A stretch of 63,091 nucleotides of DNA, filler included, from Globobulimina sp. (Eukaryota), in the NCBI GenBank assembly GCA_003354225.1. It is 40 parts of 40 records of this genome, joined end to end, with 100 filler letters (N's around TTAATTAATTAA, not from the genome) between each part and the next. Parts side by side here need not be neighbours in the genome. Positions count along the whole stretch, not along the records: positions 23,709 to 25,188 come from PIVH01016013.1; positions 25,289 to 26,768 come from PIVH01016014.1; positions 26,869 to 28,348 come from PIVH01016015.1; positions 28,449 to 29,928 come from PIVH01016016.1; positions 30,029 to 31,508 come from PIVH01016017.1; positions 31,609 to 33,088 come from PIVH01016018.1; positions 33,189 to 34,668 come from PIVH01016019.1; 33 more parts are not named here. One strand, 5' to 3'. How positions within the stretch are numbered: position 1 is the stretch's first letter; each line of letters opens with the position of its first letter. The notes under the pieces are model-generated. The model had not been told where the DNA came from. It searched no databases and was given only the letters and a program-made list of their open reading frames with translations. Made by a program: the position numbers and the translations under genes. Positions 24,020 to 34,768 of this stretch are shown here, in pieces.

Positions 24020-25188
24020 ATGACTCAAATGATTATTATAATTGCTGGTCTGTTTGGTTTATTATTTGAAACTGGAGCGTTAAGTTGTGATGGCTATCAA
24101 TATACTGTGTCCGGGACAGTCTTCAAGGAACCGGCGGGAGTATGTTTAGGGGCATATATTGGAGGAAGACAGACATCGCTAATGTATGAATGTACGCAAG
24201 CGGGCGCTGGCATTAATCAAATAACATTTGATAGTGCAGATTGTACAGGAACACCCACCGCTGTTTCGAACTATTTACCTGTCTTATCACAGCAAGTTGG
24301 GGCTACTGGCATTTCAGCGACATGTTGCACTGGGAATCAATGTAACTATGCCATGAAAAGAATGTATGAGACAGTTAGTTGTGCGGATTCAACCACAAAT
24401 GTAGGATATACAGATTCTGTCTCCATATTTGGCGAATGCAGTGGTTCCGATGACTATGGTTCAAAGGTTGCCTCCTGCACAGATGGGGAGCAAATGGTGA
24501 GCTACACCTATTTGCCACCGGCAACTTGTCCAAACGGCGGCATTCCACTAACAACCACCAATGGCGAATGTCTATCGACGGCACAAACGCACGTTTTATG
24601 TGGTACAGCCGAAGCACAATGTAATGGGCAACAATATGAATTGCCTGCGTTTGTACCCACATTGACATGTAATGGACTCGAGACCCGTCAGGGTTCTTGG
24701 CCAACGGGCGTCTGTTTTCTCCGCTATAATGTAGGTTCGCCAATAGGGTTCAAATATGAATGTGCCGCCAATGGAAAGGATGTAAATGAATTGAAATATT
24801 CCACTACTGATTGTTCAACAGGTTTTATTTTATTTTTATTTGTATATATTTCTGTTTGTATACTATTTGTTATCATTACAGGTTTACAGTCGACGACATC
24901 ATTTTTATCGATAGCCGCATCATTAGGAATTGAGGATTATGTTATTAATTGTTGTGAAGGTGAATGTGAATGGGGAGCACAGAGAGTATTTCTAACTCAT
25001 TCATGTTCAAATGACACTAATACGGCAGCAACGTATTATGATTTAACTCCAAATATTGTTGGGCAGTGTATTGCGGTTCGATTTGCGGATGATTCTGGTG
25101 CAATATCTGCGAAACTGACATCATGCACTAATGGCGAATGTCTATCGACGGCACAAACGCACGTTTTATGTGGTACAGCCGAAGCACA
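24020..25188 (+). CDS. Secreted Cys-rich protein with two diverged ~190-aa repeats (3' partial; probable in-frame intron 24822-24881)
   Basis: Signal peptide; the pattern LxCxG..PxGVC..YEC..DC..CC..C occurs twice; the T-rich GT..AG segment reads as intron. Confidence 0.75.
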
Positions 25189-25288
25189 NNNNNNNNNNNN
25201 NNNNNNNNNNNNNNNNNNNNNNNNNNNNNNNNTTAATTAATTAANNNNNNNNNNNNNNNNNNNNNNNNNNNNNNNNNNNNNNNNNNNN

Positions 25289-26768
25289 CGACCCCTCCTC
25301 CCTCGAAAATCAATGCCCAGACCCCCCGCCCCGCCGAGGCTGACCAAACACACTTATGTTCTCAAGACTATTTGAATGCACTTTAGTGAAACACATAATT
25401 TTTGTTTCATATGTTACATGTAATATTTGTAGGATTTGTCCTACTTCGAAGTGGAATATTATGAATATAAAGAAAGAATGGAAAAAGTTATTGGACCCAG
25501 TAATACCGAGAAATATGAGAAGGTGTGTATTGTATTTTTTTGTAATCGACAAATTTTAGCTGATTTCTGCAGAGTTCGTTATTGGTGGGGGAGGCCACTA
25601 ACGCCATAGAGGTGGGGGTTTATAGAGGTAAAACTGCGGAGTTTTTTCGATGATTCTGTGATAGTAGTTTTCCATATCATATCGGCAACTTTTCATGCTG
25701 ATATTTTTCTTTGATGTAATAATGGTCCCTTTGTCCTATAGCCGTGCTTTTCCATAAGATGTGTTTTAGAGGGGGTTATTGTCAAAAACGCCGGAGTTTT
25801 TACGGGTGTAACTGTTTAAACTCAGGAGTTTATGGACGGGCAGACTGAACTCGTCATACATGGGCAGGCAAAATTTCGCAAGTGGGGTCCGAAAAATCCG
25901 AAATTTCGAGACGAGAGTGGGGTCAGGAAAATTTCCGCGAAAATTTTGGCGCGAAATTCGATTTTTTGAAAAATTTTCGCCAAAAATCGTATTTTTTGGA
26001 AAAAATGACAATTTTTGCCATTTTTTGGTAAAAAGTGGTCGATTTTTGAGTAAAAATACCTAAAAATGTCCCAAATGTCCCAAAGTGGGGTCTCAAAAAA
26101 TCGCCAGGAGTTAGTAGAACCCCCTCCCAAGTTTCGGCCGGGGAGGGTTTGGCCATTTTGGTCCATTGGTGGACCTTCAATTTTGGTCCGTCCGTTTTCG
26201 GGTAAACCCCCCCAAACCCCCCGTGCCAATGTATGGAACTCGTGCCATCAAACCATCACGACGCGCCCCACAGCAGTACATGAGTTTAATTAAATAGCAA
26301 GTTGATAATCCAATCCCCCTCCCTCTCTCCCTGATAATGTGCCGTGCTGCCAGAAACGCAATTGGTGCTGCCATGGCAGCGCCGGTGCTGCTACGGCAAC
26401 ACCACCATACCGAGCTCCCAGGGGCACGGCAGCATGGCGGTACACTGTAAAAATATTACAATAAGGCTCCCTGGGATGTGCCATGGCAGCACCGAGGCAT
26501 TGTCCCATATGGAACAACGTGCACACACATCAAAGAGGTATTAAGGTACTGTTGTATCACTTATGACAGTTTTTGTTGTTAGTAACTTTAGCCGTGGGGT
26601 TCAGGCATTGTTGGAGCATTCGGTTTTTTGATATTTGTTTTGTTACATCAAATCGACATCACTTTTCTCTAGTAATATTTTAATAGTATGTGTGTAATAA
26701 AGGGCATACCCATTCAATGGGTTATCAACCTACGATATATTTCATTCTCATCTGCTCATTGCGGGCTG
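25289..26768. repeat. Non-coding repeat-like sequence with A/T tracts, G/C runs and palindromes
   Basis: Only overlapping spurious ORFs; recurring AAAAC..GGAGTTT and AAAATTTT motifs; palindrome GCTGCCATGGCAGC. Confidence 0.5.
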
Positions 26769-26869
26769 NNNNNNNNNNNNNNNNNNNNNNNNNNNNNNNN
26801 NNNNNNNNNNNNTTAATTAATTAANNNNNNNNNNNNNNNNNNNNNNNNNNNNNNNNNNNNNNNNNNNNA

Positions 26870-27307
26870 TACATAGACGCGCAAGCACAGGCATTTAAAA
26901 AGCAAGGAAATGCATCTTTGAAATTCAGCGTTCAGGGCTCCTCTACATTCAATTTATTGCCTATTCATGGAGCGTTTAAATCCGGGTCTACAAATGCAGT
27001 AACAAGTATAGACGCTGTAGAGATAAGCCCAATGTATCCTTTTTGTGAAATAGACAGGATTTCGCTACCTGCAGACTTAATATATTATGACCAGACAAAG
27101 GGTCAATATCTGGTGGATAGGGATAAAACTTTCTCCACATTAAAAGAAAACAAGATTTATTATCTTGAATTTAAAAACGGGTATAATAATTTTGAAACAG
27201 AGGCATTTTATGTGCAAAAAAATGATTACCCGTTGACATTTGACTTAACGGTAGTTACGTGGGATAGTGATTTAATAACATTTGATCAAACTAAAATAAA
27301 TATATAA
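26870..27307 (+). CDS. Phage structural protein (5' partial)
   Basis: Intronless, 1 bp from the next gene; ends LTFDLTVVTWDSDLITFDQT, a TFD-repeat tail of the kind seen next to phage tail genes. Confidence 0.6.
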   Translation, partial: YIDAQAQAFKKQGNASLKFSVQGSSTFNLLPIHGAFKSGSTNAVTSIDAVEISPMYPFCEIDRISLPADLIYYDQTKGQYLVDRDKTFSTLKENKIYYLEFKNGYNNFETEAFYVQKNDYPLTFDLTVVTWDSDLITFDQTKINI

Positions 27308-27308
27308 T

Positions 27309-28199
27309 ATGGGAATATTTAGCTTTTTAAGCTTAGGCGCTTCTCCTAATGATGGATCAGGGGACGGACTAAGAGAGGGCGGCGCAAAATTAAATGAAAA
27401 TATTGCAAAAACAGCCAATCTAGAAGAAGATAATACTTTTCTAGCAAAATTAAGCGTACTTGGAGATGATACTAAGTCTGTAATGCAAAAAATACAAGCC
27501 TTAACACAAGGAGTGTACGCTCTAGTTATTGGAAATACAGCCTTTAGTGCCGTAACTGATGACGGTTTGAGCTTTTGGGTAACAGATTTAGGCGATGCGC
27601 AGATAAATGTAAACGGCGGTGGTGGTGTGTCAATCAGTATCGCCTTGACAGAACAGTTTACGATTGACAGCTCTGGTAATATTATTAGCATGCCAACATA
27701 TAACACTACTACCGCCAACGCAGCCAATGTATATGTTGGGGCAGATGGGAAGCTTTTAAGATCAACGTCTTCGGAGAAATCAAAAACAAGCATTAAGAAC
27801 ATAGATCCAAAATATTCATCAAACATCTTCGAGGTAGCAAAAAAGGCTACAATTTTTTATAAATCTAAATCCGATAAAGACAATCCTAAGCATACATTTT
27901 ATGGAATAAGTGCAGAGAAATTGGCAGAAATAGAGCCAAGGCTTGTATTTTGGGGTTACAATCAGGACGACTTTTACATAAAAGAAACAGTAATAGGAGC
28001 AAAAAAGAAGGACCCAAAAACAGGAAAATTAATGTCGGGTCGTGTTGAAAAAAAGAGTATTTTAAAAAATGATGCTAAATTGTCCCCGCAAGGCGTTCAG
28101 TACGATCGATTTGTCCCACTTATGTTGATTGAAATGAATAAGCAGGAAGAACGTATATGCGAATTAGAAAAAAGACTCACGGCGATAGAAGCCAAGTAA
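27309..28199 (+). CDS. Phage tail fibre/spike with C-terminal peptidase S74 intramolecular chaperone
   Basis: N-terminal LGASPNDGSGDGLREGGAKLNEN attachment motif; C-terminal STSSEKSK..I, YGISAE.LAEI.P.LV, GVQYDRFVP and terminal coiled coil. Confidence 0.88.
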   Translation: MGIFSFLSLGASPNDGSGDGLREGGAKLNENIAKTANLEEDNTFLAKLSVLGDDTKSVMQKIQALTQGVYALVIGNTAFSAVTDDGLSFWVTDLGDAQINVNGGGGVSISIALTEQFTIDSSGNIISMPTYNTTTANAANVYVGADGKLLRSTSSEKSKTSIKNIDPKYSSNIFEVAKKATIFYKSKSDKDNPKHTFYGISAEKLAEIEPRLVFWGYNQDDFYIKETVIGAKKKDPKTGKLMSGRVEKKSILKNDAKLSPQGVQYDRFVPLMLIEMNKQEERICELEKRLTAIEAK

Positions 28200-28214
28200 T
28201 TATATCTTTGCAAA

Positions 28215-28348
28215 ATGGCAGACAATAAAGAAAGTCACGATAAAATAGAGTTAAAGATCGATTCTTGGGTTACCAGAATGGGTCTAGGTTTTGAGACAAT
28301 CACGCAAACACTTGGAAGGATTGAAGATGTAAACGCCCAGACATTAAA
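28215..28348 (+). CDS. Phage hypothetical protein (3' partial)
   Basis: ATG 15 bp after the tail-fibre stop, open to the contig end. Confidence 0.5.
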
Positions 28349-28461
28349 NNNNNNNNNNNNNNNNNNNNNNNNNNNNNNNNNNNNNNNNNNNNTTAATTAA
28401 TTAANNNNNNNNNNNNNNNNNNNNNNNNNNNNNNNNNNNNNNNNNNNNATTGCAATTGCGC

Positions 28462-29786
28462 TTAACTTAATTTACCACAGACAGTGGTTTGTGCATTGAT
28501 CGTTGTGTCATATGGTTTACTTTTCAAATTAACCTCTCTTTCATGCTCACCATCACCAAATCCTTTGCGCGGTATAATACATTTCCGGACACTCTCAAAA
28601 AACCATTCCGATACATGCTTATTCGGTATATTTGCGCACACTTTTGGCGGCTCATAAAATGTTAATTTATCACCACAATTCTTGTTATTTTTATGTCTGC
28701 GATCAACAAATAAACAAAATCTTTTGTTTTGGGGATATTTATTTTCATTTTTTCCTTCATTTCTTATCTCCTTAAAATCATTAAACATTTCATGTAAAAA
28801 CTCACTCATTTTATTATTCACATCCTCATTATTCTCATCCTCGTACATTTCATCCAAATAATAACCATTTGACAACTTCCAATTTGGATGAGTTGCATTA
28901 TAAAATTGAATAAATTCTGTATCCGTAATATATATTTTATTCATCATTTCTTTGAGTTTATCAGTATCAGTCAGAAACATCCCATTATTATTATAATTAT
29001 TAAAATTATCATTACCTGCATTTGTCTGCAAATCAGCGCGCAATATTTTTGTATAATTTTTACATTTTTCATGATTTAACTTGGATTCAATATTGCCAAT
29101 AAAGTCAATCTTCATTTGATTCCCCATACAATACCATCCATCATCATCTTCATCCAAATCCGTATCCGTATCCGAATCGCTATCATTATACGAAAACTTG
29201 CAGGCATCGATCACATCCATTGCTATGCACAAATCCAGCTGAAATGGGCCATATCCTTCGCCATTATTCACCAATCTCTTTAGAAACTGCGAAACCCCCA
29301 CAATATACTCACAAATCGCTAATAAACTATCATTCACTTTATACAATGGGTTGAATTGAACAGGAGGCGCGTTTTTGGTGCAATAGGTCTGTTTGGTAGG
29401 TTTTATTGGGTGGAAAACAGAAAAATATAATATATTTTATATAAATGTTGTACCCGGACAGCACATTCCAGATTTTCAGCCAATTTATAATTTGTGTTTG
29501 CTAACTCTTTGAGATATTTATTCTGTGCGCGCCATGCGGAGGTTGTTAACGCATAATGATTGCCTGCGAATTTTGCGACCACTCGAGCTCTGTTGTACGA
29601 ATCGACGATGTTGGAGAAATATGGCATATTATCATTCACATATCGCGCAGCAATAAAATACATAATATTGGACTCTTTCAGCGGTCCTTGAATGTATCGC
29701 GGGCATTGTTGTTTGTATATTTTTTTACATTTTTGAATGATTTCATAAGTAATAAAATTGGAGCTCAATTTCAATTTAATTGGTTT
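28462..29786 (-). CDS. Hypothetical eukaryotic protein, intron about 29389-29452 (5' end unresolved)
   Basis: CGG|GTACAAC...AAACAG|ACC joins the 29403-29774 and 28462-29346 ORFs in frame; acidic and Asn-rich tracts. Confidence 0.6.
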
Positions 29787-30064
29787 CTATAATAGAAAAC
29801 AACAGACAACAAGAGCTAACCAGTTCGAATATCGACTTAAGTTTAGATGTTGAAATACGTGCGAGTAGCATGACAATGAATACGTTTCACGAAGAGGGAC
29901 AGACTGGGTGCTTCATAAAAAATGTCCCNNNNNNNNNNNNNNNNNNNNNNNNNNNNNNNNNNNNNNNNNNNNTTAATTAATTAANNNNNNNNNNNNNNNN
30001 NNNNNNNNNNNNNNNNNNNNNNNNNNNNAAGTTTTAAAACTACTTTAAACTCTTTGCTAGCAAC

Positions 30065-31346
30065 ATGAATGCTGATATGTCACCAGTAACTGCAGATGCA
30101 ACATTAATGGGTGTATCCGTGCATTCAGACACCACATACTCCACAGATACATCTGTTGAATTATCACCTATCTCAACCATAAATGTAATTGATGTCGACG
30201 TCGTATTTTTAAAAAATGGATACAGGAAAATCAAAAAAATATGCAATACACTACAAGGCGAATTGTATAAAGCATTGACAATCAACGGCAATAATTTGGT
30301 TGCTATTAAAAAAACCTCCAAATATTTATACAAGGAACGAATTGCGATTGAAGATAACATCAATTTTTGTGTTTCTGAAAATATAATTAAAGAAGCACTA
30401 ATCATGAAATATCTGACTGTCGACAACCATCCAATCGGTGATTACATTGTAAAATATATTCACTTCTTTCAATCAGATATTGATTATTATTTGGTTATGG
30501 AATATATTCCATCTGAGGTAAATTTAAAGCAATTTATTTCTAAATCACGTCAATATATAAAAGGTGGTAAATTATCGTTGAAAGAATATCGCAAAGTCAT
30601 GAAATATTTACTATGGCAGTTATTTGTAACTATTCAATACTTACATGACTCTATGAACTGTTAAGTACCACAAATGTTTCCGTACGTTTATATTTTATAC
30701 GATTTATGTGCGTAAATACAAATTTTACGTAGGTTGCCATTTGGATTTGTGTGTCGAAAATATAATGTTACAAAATGCGATATTTACAGAAACAAAAGAA
30801 GGAATACGTATTAGTCGCAAAATATCCATAAAATTAATCGATTTCGGAGTGGCCGAGATATTTGACCCGAAACAGATGTTTTTATGTGAAAAACACGGTT
30901 TATCCATAACAAATGAGGGATATTTTGCACCGCAAGTATTTAATGGCAATATGTATGATGCTCGATGTGCAGACGTATGGTGTCTCGGAATAATATTAGC
31001 AGAATGTATGACTGGTTATAAATTGTACAGTCCATTAAATATGCACCATCCAAACAGTGCATATGTCTCATTGTTTCAGCATAAATTACAATCATATCTA
31101 TCAACACATAATCTATTAAAATATTTTGATGAGGAATGTCTTTCGTTAGTAATTGGTTTATTGAATGTTGATCAACAGCAACGATTAAAAGGTATACACA
31201 TTTTAAAACATCGATGGTTTTCCATGTACTTTGCGAGATATAATGGTCAAATCACTAAGAAGTCTGTTCAACAGAAACGCCAATTACTTGCACAACAGTA
31301 TAAAATGCAAAGGTGTGGCTTTCCATTTTATCATTGTACATTTTAA
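30065..31346 (+). CDS. Ser/Thr protein kinase, CAMK-like with atypical motifs; intron 30660-30732
   Basis: VAIKK, LVMEY, CHLDLCVENIML, IDFG, YFAPQV, DVWCLG; a 73-nt GT-AG intron joins the frames. Confidence 0.9.
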
Positions 31347-31608
31347 TAAATAACTTTTTTATAATTATCAAAATTCTCAAATTATCAAAATGTTGATGGA
31401 AAGACTAGTCTTTTCTCATTATTCTGATAATTTAACTCTAAATGTTCTTATGTTAATATTGTAATTTTTAACTGCATGTTGTGTCGTTCTGTGAGTGACT
31501 GAGTGTGTNNNNNNNNNNNNNNNNNNNNNNNNNNNNNNNNNNNNNNNNNNNNTTAATTAATTAANNNNNNNNNNNNNNNNNNNNNNNNNNNNNNNNNNNN
31601 NNNNNNNN

Positions 31609-32629
31609 TTTTGATTTAGATTTTAAAGGCACGTATGACGCACAACAGATTGCCGAATGTCTCTGCAATATGGGCGAATATGGCGGCTGTGACATTGAAG
31701 AAGCATATAACCGCGCCATTGATTCGTTTGTTTCCTTACAGGATATGGATGGCAACAACGATGAGTTTGAGTATGAGAATAGAATATTATTTATAACGAG
31801 CAAGCAGCCCTCGTCAAAGGACGAATTTCCGGAGACGTTGTTGAATGTTTGTCAGCGATATTCGATTGATGCGAAAATCAATGTACTTACCACATTCATT
31901 TCGGTTTCAAAGCCATTTGAGAGTAATATCATTGATGAAATATATGAAGCCAAAGGTTGTAATTATTTTCATGTTGGCGGTGAAAAGGATTTCTTATTAT
32001 TATCGGACTCATTTAAAGATTGGACATATCCTTTGGTGCATGATGTAAATATTACGATAAGTAATGAAGCGAATCAGTGTGTGATTGAAAATATATTTGG
32101 TGGAATGATGAATGATAATGAACGGTTATATCGATGTAAAACGGGCATTGTTAAATCTTTTAAGACCTTATTTATAAATTCATTTGATAACAATGATAAT
32201 AATAATAATGTGATATTAATTAAAATAAAGGAGGGTATTGATATTAATTTGAATGAAATTAAGATATTGATACAGTATCAAGAGAATAATGGTAAAACAC
32301 AGCAATTTAATTGCAATGTTTCTTTATTGTCGCAACTAAATCCGTATTATGATAATGCCGACATTCAAAGAATAGTTTTGTTGACAGGATATGTAAAGTT
32401 ATTGAAATTATGGATCATGGACAATGATGATGATGATGCCAATGATATATATTTAAGAATTAATGATGAATACAAAGAAAAATTCAGAGAATTGAGCATG
32501 TTGTTTGAAGCTGATATTGCATTACAAAAGGATTTAAACATAATATTAAAATTAGCAAATTATGACGCTGAATCTGCACAAATTATCCGGAATTTGGCTA
32601 AATATGATACTGATAATCCTCATATATAA
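31609..32629 (+). CDS. VWA-domain protein (5' partial)
   Basis: GGCDIEEAY, ENRILFITSKQP, TTFISV..F....I.EI...KGCNYF.V follow the VWA pattern GGT..., R.IFLTD, TFIGVG, GANYY. Confidence 0.7.
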
Positions 32630-32797
32630 CTAGATTTTGTTGAATTTACGGACCGCCGAATAAGTATATTTAGAATACATTGAAACTGCTAGAATTTTAA
32701 CTTTATCACTATTTTTAAAAAAAGATAAGTAACTAAGTACAACCTTCTCAGCACCACCTATTCCAAAACTTGGTATTATTTGTAAAACTTTTATCAT
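32630..32797 (-). pseudogene. Truncated bacterial glycosyltransferase family 4 N-terminus (not in the ORF track)
   Basis: Translates MIKVLQIIPSFGIGGAEKVVLSYL...KILAVSMY with the GT4 GGAE motif; stops after 55 aa against the VWA gene end. Confidence 0.8.
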
Positions 32798-32803
32798 ATT
32801 ATA

Positions 32804-33088
32804 TTAATTTATTAGCCATGTTTTATAAGGTACAGTGCCACTTGCTGTACCATTTAATGTCCAAAAGTAAAATAAGCAAGCTAATATACATAAAACCGTT
32901 GTTATCAATAATCTATTATTCTTTAAGTTCAAGTTTGCTATTACATTTGGTACAATAATTATTTGAGATATACTAAAAAAATCACTTATTCGAGTTATAA
33001 CACTTATTTTTGTAGCTAAAACCTGAAAAATAAGTGCTATAATCATCATATGAAAATATATTCTATGCTTTTTATCTGAAAAATCCCC
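32804..33088 (-). CDS. Bacterial EpsG-like polysaccharide polymerase, C-terminal fragment
   Basis: Hydrophobic, RISDFF..QII.VP, terminal VPYKTW; 6 bp upstream of the GT4 start in operon fashion. Confidence 0.65.
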   Translation of the reverse strand, partial: GDFSDKKHRIYFHMMIIALIFQVLATKISVITRISDFFSISQIIIVPNVIANLNLKNNRLLITTVLCILACLFYFWTLNGTASGTVPYKTWLIN

Positions 33089-33190
33089 NNNNNNNNNNNN
33101 NNNNNNNNNNNNNNNNNNNNNNNNNNNNNNNNTTAATTAATTAANNNNNNNNNNNNNNNNNNNNNNNNNNNNNNNNNNNNNNNNNNNNTC

Positions 33191-34030
33191 GTCGTTATTG
33201 ACGGCGGTCGCACTATCGTTGAGCCGATGGAATACGCAGAAAACGCCACGTTCCAGTATTATACCGGTTATGAAGTGTTGGACATCAGTCCATCTGACTT
33301 CATCACTGCCGCCGAATTTGACTGGAAACAGGCAAGCGTCAATGTCACATGGTCCGGTCTTGAAGCTGAGATCCAGAACAGTGGACGTGAGCAACAGATT
33401 GATTTGATTGATTCTCGTATTCGAGTTGCCGAGAAGACAATGGCTAATAATCTTTCGACGGATTCATATTCCGATGGTACTGGCTCCAGTGGCAAGGAAA
33501 TCGGCGGCTTGCAGCTTCTTGTTGCTGACGACCCGACAACTGGCACAGTCGGCGGTATTGATCGGTCAACTGCCGGTGGGACATTCTACCGTAACCAAAC
33601 TTCTAGCACGTCCACCATTTCCGCGACGAACATTCAGACCTACATGAATTCCTTGTGGGTAACGACCGTTCGCGGAACGGATAAGCCGGACCTGATTCCT
33701 GCCGATAACAACTTCTGGCAGTTCTACCTCGCCTCGTTGCAGACCAACCAACGGTTTACCAATGACAAGATGGCAAAAGCCGGGTTTGACAATTTGACCT
33801 TTATGTCAAATGCCGATGTGTTCTTTGACACTGGCGGCGGCTGCCCGGCGAATCATATGTATTTCTTGAACACGGATTATATCCGTCTCAAAGTGCATAA
33901 AAATCGCAATATGGTGCCGAAAGACGAAAAGGTATCCATCAACCAGGACGCAAGCGTTGTGCCGCTGCTTTGGGCCGGTAATATGACCCTGAGCAATGCT
34001 GAACGCCAAGGCGTCTTGATTAACCCGTAA
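33191..34030 (+). CDS. Phage major capsid protein (5' partial)
   Basis: GGRTIVEP.EYAEN....YTGYE.L, AEFDWKQA.V.V..SGLE, NSG....IDL, YSDGTG..GKEIGGL, GTVGGIDR, GFDNL.F, YFLNT; GC-richer, intronless, followed by AAGGAG. Confidence 0.9.
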   Translation, partial: VVIDGGRTIVEPMEYAENATFQYYTGYEVLDISPSDFITAAEFDWKQASVNVTWSGLEAEIQNSGREQQIDLIDSRIRVAEKTMANNLSTDSYSDGTGSSGKEIGGLQLLVADDPTTGTVGGIDRSTAGGTFYRNQTSSTSTISATNIQTYMNSLWVTTVRGTDKPDLIPADNNFWQFYLASLQTNQRFTNDKMAKAGFDNLTFMSNADVFFDTGGGCPANHMYFLNTDYIRLKVHKNRNMVPKDEKVSINQDASVVPLLWAGNMTLSNAERQGVLINP

Positions 34031-34768
34031 ACCGGTAAAAGAAGGAGAATTGTTAAAACATCATCGGCTGCAAATAATAATAATAATCATCGAAACAATA
34101 AGAATAAAAAACGTAAACCAAATATTATTAACTATTTTAAACAAAAAAAATGAGAATATTTGTGTTGTTTTTTGGTGTATGGTGCGATGTAGTTTTTTAT
34201 TTATAACTTACAGTTTTTGACTATTTACAGTAAACAACATTGTTTTTAATGCAACTCTGTACGACGGATATTATGTAGCTCTTCTCTTCTCAGACTCAGA
34301 TTGCATTCATTTTAGATTACAAAAGGTCTACTCAGCGATGCTGACTATGTGTTATGTGATTCTGGCAATGTCACACAACATCATTCTCGATCAACAAATT
34401 GCGCGCGTGGACAATACTTTAAATTTAACATTGCGCTCGGTGGACACATTGCGCTTTGTTTTAATCTTAATTATTGAGACATTGATTGTTTCAGCACTTT
34501 TAATTGTTCAATGTCCATACCGCGAAACAAACATTTCAATGCACACTCTTCATTCAAAATTCAAATATAATTAGAAAGTTTTTAATTCGCCGATATTGCC
34601 AACTACTGTTTCAATAATAACTTTAAATAACATCTTGGAACAAATTTGGAACAAAAATAAGTCAGCGGNNNNNNNNNNNNNNNNNNNNNNNNNNNNNNNN
34701 NNNNNNNNNNNNTTAATTAATTAANNNNNNNNNNNNNNNNNNNNNNNNNNNNNNNNNNNNNNNNNNNN

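Noticed and set aside
25766..26544. Cluster of overlapping 65-135 aa ORFs
   Set aside because: F/K/G-biased translations of homopolymer tracts on both strands; not protein-like.
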